Assembly (NCBI GenBank): GCA_964016885.1 | Contig: OZ024759.1 | Coordinates: 9,300,001-9,364,000 of the forward strand | Reading direction: 5' to 3' | Origin: Eledone cirrhosa | Lineage: Eukaryota | Length of the DNA stretch: 64,000 nt | Shown: positions 41,451-53,861 of the stretch, in pieces | Position numbering within the stretch: position 1 is the first letter of the stretch | Layout: every line of letters begins with the position of its first letter | Translations under genes and position numbers: made by a program | Notes under the pieces: model-generated | The model's database searches: none | What the model saw: the letters and a program-made list of their open reading frames with translations, nothing else | What the model was told of the DNA's origin: nothing

Positions 41451-41980
41451 TGGACGTTAAACGATGATGATGATATATATATATATGTATATATATATGT
41501 ATATATATATTTATATCTATATATATATATATAGTTAAAAGAATAGAGGTGTATTAATAGTTATTATATATTGGTAAACGGAATAGAAAATGCTGACAAA
41601 TTGTTCACAGTTGAAAAATAGTTTAATTAGGAATAAAAAAGTATTAGTAATTGTATTGGTTAGTATTCAGTTGTGAACAGAGCAAACAACACGGACGCTC
41701 TATCTCAAAATTATTTTTGAAAAGCATTTAGAAATGCGCAACCGGTAAAAACTTAAAAACTTAAAACCACAACTGAATACTAACCCATACAATCACTAAT
41801 ACTCTTTTATTCCTAATTAAACTATTTTTCAACTGTGAACAATTTGTCAGCATTTTCTATTCCGTTTACCAATATATAATAACTATTAATACACCTCTAT
41901 TCTTTTAACTATATATATATATATATAGATATAAATATATATATACATATATATATATCATCATCATCGTTTAACGTCCA
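41451..41980. mobile_element. Fold-back element with a decayed hammerhead in the loop
   Basis: Arms about 41451-41675 and 41768-41980; loop has TTGAAAA-GCATTTAGAAATGC-GCAA-CCGG-TA-AAAA. Confidence 0.75.
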
Positions 41981-42313
41981 AAATATGGTTAAAAGAGTTC
42001 CAAGTATTTTATGATGCGCATTTCAAAAACAAATATCATCATGAGATGATATCTGCGTTTTCATCAAATAAAATAGGGATACATGATATGAAGGTTAAAA
42101 AACACTTGTGAATAGTGAAGTTTTAAATCAACATATGAAAAATAATTTAAGATTGATGTGTGATATTTTGAAATGCGCATAATAAAATACTTGGAACTCT
42201 TTTAACCATCTTTTGAACTTATATTATTTATACTCCAGTCCTACAAATTGTAGAGTGCTACTTATCCGATATTTGCATTGCTTTATTGTGCTACAATAAA
42301 ACTCACCTCCTAC

Positions 42314-42354
<41 letters not shown>

Positions 42355-42357
<3 letters not shown>

Positions 42358-43330
42358 ATGATATTAAATAAATGGAAACTATATTTATAAAACCATATTT
42401 ATTCTATTATATATATTTCAAGGGCACTAAGACACATTGGTACGCTTTCATCAGATAAAATACAAAGTTTGTTTTATAAATAGAGACATACCCATGAAAA
42501 TCATACCTTATCGGTTGGCAATTTACTGGATAGTGGAAATATATTAGGAATTTTTCAAACTTATGTGTGAATATGCAAATGAATATGTAAATAATTGAAA
42601 AACAACGGTTTATTTAAACGAGTATGGATAGAGAGAGAGACAGAGAGAAGAAACATAGGAGGAGAGGATAAAATAGTGCTAGTGAGAGAGAGAGATAGAA
42701 GAAAGAAACAAAAGAAAGATGAATAAAATTCATATAACATTAATTTGAGGGAAATATATTCTAAGTATATATCATAATATTACGTGTATTTACGATTATT
42801 ATAATATATTTTTCTTCTGTTTTAAAAATAATAATAATAATAAGAGATAAGTAATTTTTAAATAGATAAAAATTGAAAAAATAGAAATAAAGAAATAAGA
42901 ATTATTACAATTGAAATTAAAATTAAAATTAAAATTATAAAAAAATTAGAATTATATAAGTGGAAATTATAGCAAATGTTATAGATATTATGATTTAGAG
43001 ATATCAATATATTAGAAGATTGTTATGGAAATAAGTAGAAATATTATAAGTATATTTATAAGTTATATATAGTTCTGAATGTGGAATTCAGGCGATGTCT
43101 ACAAGAATTAAATAAATTTGTTCTTAGATTAATAGAGTTTTTACATTTAAGTATGAAAAAAATTTCCTCAATACACAATTTGCAGAATCTAGATAAAGCT
43201 GTGTTCCGGTATGCGGATGCTTTTGAAATTGTTTCCCAAGCTAATGAATAGTCCATATTCTTGCATTTTAAGTTCCATATCAAATATGGTTTTATAAATA
43301 TAGTTTCCATTTATTTAATATCATTGAATA
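42355..43330 (-). mobile_element. Truncated Penelope-like element: GIY-YIG C-terminal remnant, 3' UTR, hammerhead pLTR, and a 5' inverted pLTR piece
   Basis: ORF 43056-43310 IWNLKCKNMDYSLAWETISKASAY...CKLCIEEIFFI...INLRTNLFNSCRH; 43285-43328 is an inverted copy of 42355-42398. Confidence 0.7.
42402..42460 (-). ncRNA. Minimal type-I hammerhead ribozyme
   Basis: TTTTAT-CTGATGA-AAGCGTACCAATGTGTCTTAGTGCCCTT-GAAA-TATATA-TA-ATAGAA; decayed + copy near 47058-47115. Confidence 0.72.
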
Positions 43331-43493
43331 TTTACTCCAGTAAACTGTTGAGTGCTCTAAATCAGTTATAAACATTTGTATTTGTCGGACTTCCAACAAA
43401 TTAAATACCCCTCTACTTATATATATATATATATCTATATAACCCATGCAAGCGTGGAACACGGACGTTAAACGTTGATGATGATGATGATGA

Positions 43494-43546
<53 letters not shown>

Positions 43547-43609
43547 CATATATATATATATATTATGGAATACTGTTGGCTTTTTGCTACAATGTTTTCT
43601 ATACCTTTC

Positions 43610-43656
<47 letters not shown>

Positions 43657-43722
43657 GATATATATATATATATATATATGTATATAGATATATATATATG
43701 TATATAGATATATGTATATATA

Positions 43723-43762
<40 letters not shown>

Positions 43763-44021
43763 GATATATAGATATGTATATAGATATATGTATATATATC
43801 ATCATCATCATCATCATCAACGTTTAACGTCCGTGTTCCACGCTTGCATGGGTTTGGACGGGGGTAGTCCCACTTGAGGCAAGAGTGATTGTCTTGCTCG
43901 CATAGGACTGTCTGGCAGGTTTTCTACAGTTGGATGCCCTTCCTAACACCAACCACATTTACAGTGTGGGTCTGGGAGGTTTTTACCGTGTTGCCTACAC
44001 GGCCACATTACAGCGTATGTG

Positions 44022-44056
<35 letters not shown>

Positions 44057-44125
44057 GTATATATATGTATATATATGTATATATATATATGTATATATAT
44101 ATATGTATATATATATATGTGTATA

Positions 44126-44198
<73 letters not shown>

Positions 44199-44261
44199 GT
44201 GTATATGTATATGTATATATATATATATATACGTATATATATATGTATATGTATATATATA

Positions 44262-44295
<34 letters not shown>

Positions 44296-44510
44296 GTATA
44301 TGTATATGTATATATGCGTATATATATATATATAAAAAGAAAATTTTACTCTACATGGCTGAATACAATAAATATAATCTGAGTTTTTCGAATATTAATA
44401 ACATTCATCAATTTGTTTGCAATTATGCAAACAAGCCTCAATTTTATAGCCATGTCAGTAGAATAAACTCTTCATTCTTGTGTTGGCATGTGAACAGAAC
44501 ATGTGAACAG

Positions 44511-44558
44511 AACTGCAGACACTAATGTTTCTGGGTATCACCCTTCATCAGTACAGCT
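44511..44558 (-). ncRNA. Minimal type-I hammerhead ribozyme
   Basis: AGCTGTA-CTGATGA-AGGGTGATACCCA-GAAA-CATTAGTG-TC-TGCAGTT; GUC cleavage triplet. Confidence 0.78.
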
Positions 44559-45590
44559 CAGTTCACCTGCGAAACTGTCAGAGCTAGTGAAAATATATGC
44601 TATTTTCAAAAATACAGTGACATGGCTATAAAATTGAGGCTTGTTTGCATAACTGCAAACGAATCGAATGTTATTATTAATATTCGAAAAACTCAGATTA
44701 CATTTATATATATATGTGTATACGTACATACATATACGTATACAGACGTACAGTAGTATGTGTAGTGACCTATATTCCGCGGGCTCACATACATTCTCTG
44801 TGCGTGATTTGGCTCAGTTCAGCCAATCAGCGCCAGTAGAAGAGGATGTATCCCTACGCGCCCTGAGGAAGAAATTCCCCGCGAAGATTTGAAGAATCTC
44901 TCTCTTGTACCAGGAACTTCGAGCCAGCAACACGCATAATGTAACGGTGAGATATTGCACCCTAGCCTCGCCGGCTTTCCGGCGCAATGGCACATTCCCT
45001 TTTGTAACCTCTTTTTATCTGTAACTTCAACCATATAAGTTAACAAACATTGTTTGTGCTACATCAAAAATAAACATACATTTCATCTCTAATTTCTGCT
45101 GTTGAAATCATTATTATGTTACTCGTGTCTCAATAACATCTATAATCCATGCTGCTGGAATTGGCGACCTGACGAAAGGAATATTGTAAATACTAAGATG
45201 GTAAATAGATCTAGGGACCTTCCCTCACGTCTATGTCAACAAGATAATCCAACGAGGATACTATCACTTACCACACTGGCAACTCACGACCTTCATACTT
45301 CTACCCTGCTAAAGTGGTGACATTTATATATATATAAGTGTGTATACGTACATACATATATGTATACAGACATACAGTAGTATGTATATACATACATACA
45401 TGCACACATATATATAAGTACATATGGGTTTATCGAACATTTATTATAATGTTCGGTTTGTTTGCCAGCTCGTATACAGGAAACTGATTGGCCAGTCTGC
45501 TAATATGCAAATCAGGTCGATCAGTCACTGTATATTTTTGAAAATAGCATATATTTTCACTAACTCTAACAGTTTGGCAGGTGAACAGTG

Positions 45591-45638
45591 AGCTGTACTG
45601 ATGAAGGGTGATACCCAGAAACATTAGTGTCTGCAGTT
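45591..45638 (+). ncRNA. Minimal type-I hammerhead ribozyme (inverted twin of 44511-44558)
   Basis: Same sequence on the + strand within an inverted repeat spanning about 44380-44615 and 45535-45760. Confidence 0.78.
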
Positions 45639-45758
45639 CTGTTCACATGCCAACACAAGAGCAGGAATGAAGGGTTCATTCTACTGACATGGCTATAAAA
45701 TTGAGGCTTGTTTGCATAATTACAAACGAATCGAATGTTATTATTAATATTCGAAAAA

Positions 45759-45794
<36 letters not shown>

Positions 45795-45872
45795 TAGATT
45801 GTAGATGAGTGATATGTAGATTTAAAACTGCACTATCCACAAGTGTTTTTTAGCCTTCATATCATGTTCTCC

Positions 45873-45943
45873 TGTTTTATCTGATGAAAACACAAATATT
45901 ATTGCATGATGATGTTTGTTTTTGAAATGCGCATAATAAAATA
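45873..45943 (+). ncRNA. Minimal type-I hammerhead ribozyme
   Basis: TGTTTTAT-CTGATGA-long stem II-GAAA-TGCGCA-TA-ATAAAATA; palindromic ATGCGCAT stem III. Matching copy at 62240-62310 (-), mutated copy near 42005-42075 (-). Confidence 0.78.
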
Positions 45944-45973
45944 CATGGAACTCCTTTAACCATCTTTTGATCT

Positions 45974-46010
<37 letters not shown>

Positions 46011-46286
46011 GATAAATCTACCAAAATAAACGGTAGTGTCCAATCCGTATGAAGAACTCAATGTAATCCAAATATAGAAGATATCATGAAAAGAGAAAAT
46101 GCATTAAAAAATTAATGATAAAAATTCTAGGAAAACAGAGTCAAGATAAATTAATAAAAACAATGAAATAAAAACAAAGAACAGGTTCCTTATATTGAAG
46201 AATTCATCATTTTACCATCGTTTCTGGGATATATATGTGTGTTGGTATGTATATCATGTTAAAAATCTACATAGATTTTTAACATG

Positions 46287-46331
<45 letters not shown>

Positions 46332-47170
46332 GGGTCACTCTTGAGTGCTACTGGTAACATGTAACCCAGTACAACCTGTCGCATGGTCGGGTCTTCGGCG
46401 ACTAAACAACCAGCAACCCCACCAAGTTTACTTGGTAAGGAGGGTGATTTTGAACACCCTGCAGGACAAAAAACAAAACCTGACAAAGGGTGGAAGAACT
46501 CATACGAGTCAACGGCCATCCAAAAGTGTGTAATTATGTATATACACATGTACATATGTATATGCACAGGGACATAGAAATAGTCGGGCTGGACACCTGA
46601 TCGCGCGGTTAAACCACTGGGAGTGAAGGACCCCTAGCCTTTTGTCAGGGCATTCTTCTAAAATGCAACTCAGGAAGCTGGGATAACTCCGACATAAAAC
46701 CCGCGGCTCAGTAGTAACCGATGATGTTGATCTTTTCTGATGTTATAGCTACTGTCGCTCAGAGAGTGGGATTGGCTCAGTGCACAGTCTTTACTCACTT
46801 TAAAAAATATTTTCACGCACAGGCATTGCACAATAGAATTAATAATTAATTAATAATGGTATATCGTGCAATAGCCATACTCGATAACGAGGAGGCAGCC
46901 ATCATATATATATATATATGTGTGTATATATATATATGTATAATATAAGATCAAAAGATGGTTAAAAGAGTTCCAAGTATTTTATTATGCGCATTTCAAC
47001 TCACCTCCTACATATATATATGTATATATATATATATATTTATATAACAAATCTGTATTTTATTTGATGAAAGCGCACCATAATTTACCTTGGTCGCCCT
47101 TGAAATATATATAAAATAATAATTATGGTTTTATAAATATAGTTTCCATTTATTAATATATTGTATATGC

Positions 47171-47203
<33 letters not shown>

Positions 47204-47770
47204 TGTATGTATATATATAAATACATATGTATATATAAATAGTAATAGGATATACGTTCCTTCACGCACAAGGCGCCAAGGTACGCATGTATTGTCCAAC
47301 CAAATGCCAGTGTGGTTCAATGGCGGGTTAATAAATATGTATATGCATATACTGTATGTGTGTGTGCATGTATATATATATGAGGATTAAACCTGTTTTA
47401 AACTAGTTAGACTATTATTCAACAGAGTACTCAATACTTGGGATAGTAGAGTGTGACTCTCTCTCTCTCTATATATATATAGAGAAAGAGAGAGGGGGGA
47501 GGGAGTCTCAGAAGGGGACGAAACGTCTGTAAATCAACATCTAATATAAAAACGTATTTAGTTTAATGAATAATTTGCTTCATACATAATTATTATTTTT
47601 AACACAATAGTATTTTGTACACATGCTGTTTATTATAATAAATTACTGTATTTTGAGCTGTTTTAACTTCTCCACCTACGTCCTTCCAATTTTTTATATT
47701 ATTTTTGTAAAATACGACATTTTTTCATATGTATATATATATATATGCGGGCAACGCACATACATATGTT

Positions 47771-47819
<49 letters not shown>

Positions 47820-47885
47820 AAATGAAGTAATTCCGTCGGAAAAGTCCAGGAAAAAAGAGTGCTCTATGTAGGTAACAGAGCTTAA

Positions 47886-48131
47886 TAGTTATGTAATAAA
47901 CAACATAAGGTGATTATTCCATTTACCAGTGGTTTCTTAAAAGCAAAAAATGTTGCTTTCAATCCTCAGAATGAAAAAATCCTGGTCTGTTTATTGAATT
48001 TGGATTTTAGAATCCAAATTCAATAAACAGACCAGGATTTTTTCATTCTGAGGATTGAAAGCAAAATTTTTTGCTTGTAAGAAACCACTGGTAAATGGAA
48101 TAATCGCCTTATGTTGTTTATTACATAACTA
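47886..48131. mobile_element. Near-perfect 246-bp palindrome with a hammerhead in each arm
   Basis: Symmetry axis at 48008/48009; right end abuts a (TA)n tract. Confidence 0.85.
48041..48100 (+). ncRNA. Minimal type-I hammerhead ribozyme (mirror copy 47917-47976 on -)
   Basis: TTTCATT-CTGAGGA-TTGAAAGCAAAATTTTTTGCTTGTAA-GAAA-CCACTGG-TA-AATGGAA; GUA triplet. Confidence 0.78.
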
Positions 48132-48204
48132 TATATATATATATTATGTATGTACTCGTATCTCCTAATGAAGCTGTAGTGACACTGTAGTGACATATGA
48201 CGAT

Positions 48205-48452
48205 CAGGGCCGGATTTAGATTTGATGAGGTCCTAAGCTATTTAAGATAATGGGGTCCTTTATATGTTATAAAAACTGCAAAACGTTCAATATTAAAGCA
48301 GAAAACTGTTTAAAACTAATGCATTATTTTAGTTCTTTTTTATCTTATATTTTGGAAATGTACACAGTTTTTTTTTTCAATTTTTTCGGGGTCCCAAGAA
48401 AGTAGGAGCCCGAAGCTATAGCTTGTTTAGCTTATACGTAAATCCCACTCTG
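48205..48452. mobile_element. hAT-type MITE
   Basis: TIRs CAGGGCCGGATTTA / TAAATCCCACTCTG; 8-bp target duplication ATGACGAT / ATGACAAT. Confidence 0.75.
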
Positions 48453-48487
48453 ATGACAATTTTTGAAAACCTAGCAGAACCCATCAC

Positions 48488-48495
48488 CTCTCCAT
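48488..48495 (-). CDS. INTS1: Candidate INTS1 start-codon micro-exon (ATG GAG AG|GT)
   Basis: gacATGG context followed by AG|GTGATG; M-E-R resembles INTS1 starts. Speculative. Confidence 0.2.
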
Positions 48496-48936
48496 GTCGG
48501 AACATAACCGATTTCTGAGAGAGAGAGAGATGAAAAATTGATTCCAGAACTAAACTGGTTCTTTTATTATCTCAAAAGATAACCCCGGCGTGTTTTTGAG
48601 CGCAGAAAGTCGGAAGGAAAACTCAAAGCATTCTAACAACTCTGCTAATTCGCCACCTCTATATATATTTTTTTATCTGACGAACGAGCTGGACGTTTCT
48701 GTAAGAATTGTATAGTTTCTTGAAACGTTTGGTAATGGAATAATTATATTTTGTTGTTTATTATGTAATTAAGTAAATTATATATATACATGTGATCTAT
48801 CATTGTTTTTCCAATTTGCAGTGAAATACGTTAGATTGGTATGTTTACATGTGTAAATTCATACATATTTACGCAGTCCCTGTTGTCTTTACTGTATACG
48901 GATGTAAATAATGTGCGGTTTGCGTATAAATGCGGC

Positions 48937-48983
<47 letters not shown>

Positions 48984-49889
48984 CCGAAACAAGTTTTCCA
49001 GATATCACAATAGAGAAGAGAAAAATAGGAAATTATTTCAGTAAAGTACCTTTGCTTTTCCCTCTTTTGCTGCTGCCAGGCTTCATTGTTAATATAAAGT
49101 TATTTTTCACAAGAAGATATATATATATATACAATAGGTATATATATATATATAGACTAAATTACTAATGGTTTACATACATAAATTGTCTAATGTAGAA
49201 AGAAAAAGGAAAAATTTAAGTTATGATTTAATACCGAAACATTTTGAAAAGATTTTCAAACAAATAAAAAAAATAAGAGTTTCCCTCTAAGGGGACATAA
49301 CTTTGTGTGAAATATTAAAACCGGTGAAACACGAAAATAGTAGACATGGTGTCAATGGGTGGTGTTTTGTAGGCGTAACTGAATGCTTAAGAAATTTGCC
49401 TTGCAATCATGAGTTCCTGAGTTCGATCTCATTGGCCGGCATCTTAGTTAAATGTGATTTACCATAGCTTAACGGTCATTCAATCTCTGTGAATCGAACT
49501 GGTTAGACAGAAATCGTGTCTGCTATATATTTTGTTGAACTTCTTTTACAGGATATAACCAAACAGTAAATGTGAACACAAACACACACACATACTCTCT
49601 CCGTATATATATATATATATATATATATTTATTAGTTGTATAAATTCACAGTAGAATAGCGTTGCAAATATGTTTTAAACAAATACATAAATAACATATA
49701 TAAATTGCGAGCAATTTATAATGTTATTACATTATATTTCAGAAGGACAAATATAATGTCTAAACCGTGTATAAAAATATAATAATACAAATTCATCGAA
49801 CAAAAATGATGAAGAAAAGAAGAAAGAAGGGGGGGGGGGCAATTTACTACCAGGTGTGATAAGCGGCCGCACCTCACACCTTAGGGGTT

Positions 49890-51538
49890 AACTACACACT
49901 TTCAGGCAAGCCAACACACTGCCAACATTACCACAGGTGATGGCAAGGTTAAGACACTGAAATAACCAGGCACCCTCACAAGTATCACCTAACACCTCAG
50001 TAAGGTGAGGCAAGGCACTGAAATAACCAGGCACCCTTACGGGTATCACCTAACACCTCAGTAAGGTGAGCTGTCAGTGATGACAAGAACTTCGCTGTCA
50101 GCGGCACAACTCCACCAAACGTCTCGGCTGGAAAAAATAATTATTTGATAAGTCCTGGTATTTCCGAATTTTATTCCGTTCAGCAACGGAAGCAGTAACC
50201 CCCCACATTCACTGCGGCGTCTATGATGTGGGAGGGAGCATAAGAGCCACTGACTGTGACGTCCTAGACGAGACACCTAGTTCTCACCCAGGGACAAAGG
50301 GTAAGACCGTCTGGTCTCTTCCCATCACTTCTGGAGAAACCAGCCGGCTCCAGAACTGTGGGGGATATTTACCCGAGCCAGGGCCCGTTTGATTATCAGG
50401 TTTAGCTCGGTGTGACGGGCAAAACGACCAGCATTCAGGCAGCAGGACAAACCATGTAAACCTGTGGAGTCGAGGGACCTACCGCAGCAACATCTCAGAC
50501 CTCCACAAAGTGCAATGGAGATGCGGAGTTCGTCCTGACTGAGATGGCCACCAATGTTGGCCACAGGAAGGGCATCGATCCGGTCCCCCGAGAACTTTGC
50601 GCTAGCAGAAAGTAAGCGACACCTAGAAAATTGATCGGAAAAATCAAAGAGAGAGTTGAAAGTCTCCCTCGAACGCAGATTGTCCCATACTCTCAGCTTC
50701 AGTCTATCCTCATAACTAACTGTCACTGACAAACCCAGCTCTCTCCACTGTAGTAAAGCTTCATCCAACTCCCTGGTGGAACTAGTCCAAGTTAGGAAGG
50801 AAAAGATGTCACCCACCAAAGAGGAGCAGGCGTGGATGGAGGAAAGAATGCAAGGTAGGGACAACGAAGTACACTTACGCAAACCGAAACCTCAAAACCG
50901 TTTGCGTAAGGCGGCTTGGTCGCGGGACTCTGGAGAGAGTCGGACATTGACCAAACCTTCGAGCTCACTGAATATTAGGTCGTCGAAGTGTTGGAGAAAC
51001 GACGAGACTTTGTAAGAGGGACTAACTCTAAGGAAATACAACAACCTATTGATTGACAGATAATTCCGGAGAATGAAAAAAACTTGGTGAGACTCAATGA
51101 CTTCAAGGGTTTTTAAAAGCTGCTTGAGGTTAGCTAACTTAGATTGAAAGATGAACTCGAAAACTTGGTCAGTAACTGGGGCCCCAAGGGAGCACCACGC
51201 CGATCGGGGAGAAACCTCGATGGGGGGGGGGGGGGAGACTCTGTGAACAGATGAACAGTCTCTTGGTGTGAAGCTGGTTGGTTGAGGAGTCAGAGCTCGC
51301 ATTTGGAGCTGTTGACGTGAAGGCCCATACGGCCCAGCTCCCCAATCATCGTCTTCGCAGTTGCAAGGACCTTGTCTGGAGGACCCCCAAGCAAGCATCA
51401 TCCAGATACCAGACATTCAGATCTAGGTCAACTCCCAACTTGGTGACGTCATCAATGCCCAGAGCAAAAAGTGCAGGTCCGAGCAAGTCACCCTGTTGTA
51501 TCCCTGTGGCAGATAGAAGGAGATGGTCACCAAATAGT
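49890..51538 (-). mobile_element. Degenerate 5'-truncated CRE-like non-LTR retrotransposon (RT + Zn knuckle + RLE)
   Basis: GIQQGDLLGPALF and VWYLDDA (RT), CCCG...GLHGLSC...RH (CCHC), DGKRPDGLT (PD-D/ExK nuclease), WLFQCLNLAITCGN C-terminus; frameshifts and stops present. Confidence 0.8.
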
Positions 51539-51753
51539 TAATAAATGGAACAAAACAAACACAAGAACGCAAAAATACAGTTATATCAAGATCTTGCTAG
51601 GATGAAGTGGAGGGGGGTTCAACTTTTCGGACGGAAGTCTTTCACCAGTAAAGTCCAGATAAGGAGAGAACAGGTTGATGTATGAGTAGTGTGTGAAGGT
51701 TAGGAAAAGACATGATCTGGATTTTGGTTTTTGTATTTATTATTACTACTACA

Positions 51754-52148
51754 AGGGCGGTGAATTGGCAGTATCGGTAGAACGTCGGACGCCATGCTTT
51801 GAGACATAGAGTTATGGCCCTTGCCATTCTGAGTTCAAATCCCGCCGAGGTTAACTTTGCCTTTCATCCTTTCGGGGTCGATAAAATAAAGTACCAGTAA
51901 TGCACTGGGATAATTGCTGGCCTTGTGCCAAAAGTAGAAATAATTATCACTACTATATGGATTGGCAGTATCGGTAGAGGGTCGGGCGCCATTCTTTGAC
52001 GCTTAGAGTTACGGCCCTTGCCATTCTGAGTTCAAATCCCGCCGAGGTTAACTTTGCCTTTCATCCTTACGGGGTCGATAAAATAAAGTACCAGTAATGC
52101 ACTGGGGTAATTACTGGCCTTGTGCCAAAAGTAGAAACAATTATTACT
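51754..52148 (+). mobile_element. Two tandem Nin/Deu SINE copies
   Basis: Two TGGCAGTATCGGTAG...GAGTTCAAATCCC...GTGCCAAAAGTAGAAA units. Confidence 0.8.
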
Positions 52149-52311
52149 ACTATATATATAGCAGGCATCCACACAGTTTCCGTCGGTCTAATTTCACTTA
52201 CAAAGCATTGGTGTCAATACGAGGCTACAGAAATCAAACTCACGGCTTTACGATCTTCAGCTGAACACTCTAACCACTAAGCTAGGCGCCTTCTACAATA
52301 ATATTTGTCTC

Positions 52312-52482
52312 TTCTTTTGGCACAAGGCCAGCAATTACCCAGTGCATTACTGGTACTTTATTTTATCGACCCCGTAAGGATGAAAGGCAAAGTTAACCTC
52401 GGCGGGATTTGAACTCAGAATGGCAAGGGCCGTAACTCTATGCTGCAAAGCATGGCGCCCGACCCTCTACCGATACTGCCAG
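52312..52482 (-). mobile_element. Nin/Deu SINE copy
   Basis: Reverse complement of 51958-52130; further - copies at about 55700-55881, 57400-57520, 62040-62180 and 62740-62924. Confidence 0.8.
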
Positions 52483-52739
52483 TGCAGAGAGATAGGGAGG
52501 GAGAAGAAAGGAATTGTGACGTTACGCTGTTTGTGTCTGATCGATCTGTCTATCTCTGTATTCTCTTACAAAGACTTATCGATAATGAGTGAGTAGTTTA
52601 TGGAAATAGAGAGTAGGAGTAGGGGAGAGATAGGGAGAAGGGGAAGGACAGAGAATGAGTTTGAGTGGGAGGTGACTTGCAGTTAAAAGACTAAGAGATA
52701 AAGAGAAAGGGGTGGAGGGTGAGAATGTGAAGTGTGTAT

Positions 52740-52896
52740 GTAGATAGATAGGTAGATATAGATAGATAGATAGATGTATATAGGTAGATAGATAGATATA
52801 GAGATAGGTAGATAAATAGGTAGAAGGTGGAATTAAGTATAATGGAGTGCAATGAGTAGGGGCGGGGGTAGAGAATGAATGCCTGAGTGAATGAAT

Positions 52897-52943
<47 letters not shown>

Positions 52944-53074
52944 TAGTAGTAGCAGCAGCAGCAGTAGTGTTGGTGGTGGTAGTAGTAGTAGTGGTAGTAG
53001 TAGTAATGTTGGTGGTGGTAGTAGTGGTAGTAGTAGTGGTAGTGGTAGAAGAAGGGAATGAGTTTGAAGAGAAT

Positions 53075-53111
<37 letters not shown>

Positions 53112-53190
53112 AAAAAGAAGGTAGAAAGACTAACAGTAGAGGGGAGAGATAGGAGAGAGAGAGAGAGAAGAGAGAGGAGAGAGAGGAGGG
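52740..53190. repeat. Compound microsatellites (GATA, CAG, TAG/TGG, GAAA, GA)
   Basis: Visible simple repeats. Confidence 0.9.
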
Positions 53191-53746
53191 AGGAATCGAA
53201 CCATCAATGTCTATTTACGATAGATTTTAATATTTTATACTGTAAATCTGGTAAACCTTTCGAACGCTATGAGGGTGATTTTGCTGCTATTACTAGTAAT
53301 TCGGGCAACCACTGGTTGGTCCGTTTAACTAGATGTTGTTTAACCCTAGGCTGGTCTTGAACAAACAGATCTTATGAATATAGGGAGTTTTTTTCTAACC
53401 ACGACCATCTCGCCTTCTTATATATAGAATATATTATAATCGTATTGAATATATTATCATCACCCAGTGTGCCGTCCTTCTGTAATGTGTTATTTAGGGG
53501 GGGATTTGGCTGCTATTTCTAACAGGTCACGCGCAAGGTTTAAACGAAAGAGAAAGGAGGAGGAGAGATTGAGAAATGAAGTAATAGGGAGAGGGGGAAT
53601 TATTAGAGAGAAATACGATATGTAAAACAATGCATGTATCTATGTGTATGGGTTTATATATATATATATACACGTGTACATATGTGTGTGCTTGTTTGTG
53701 TGTCGCTGTGTATGTGTATGTATAAGTGTGTATATAGGTGTATCTG

Positions 53747-53794
<48 letters not shown>

Positions 53795-53807
53795 CATTGG
53801 TGAACCA

Positions 53808-53861
<54 letters not shown>

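Noticed and set aside
46330-46905. GC-richer islands resembling retrotransposon 5' UTRs
   Set aside because: No ORF, termini or second copy here to support a call.
48671-48736. Hammerhead-like CTGACGA...GAAACGTT (also decayed traces near 47515, 58733 and 61995-62030)
   Set aside because: Stem I pairing or core is broken; probably relics, not called as ribozymes.
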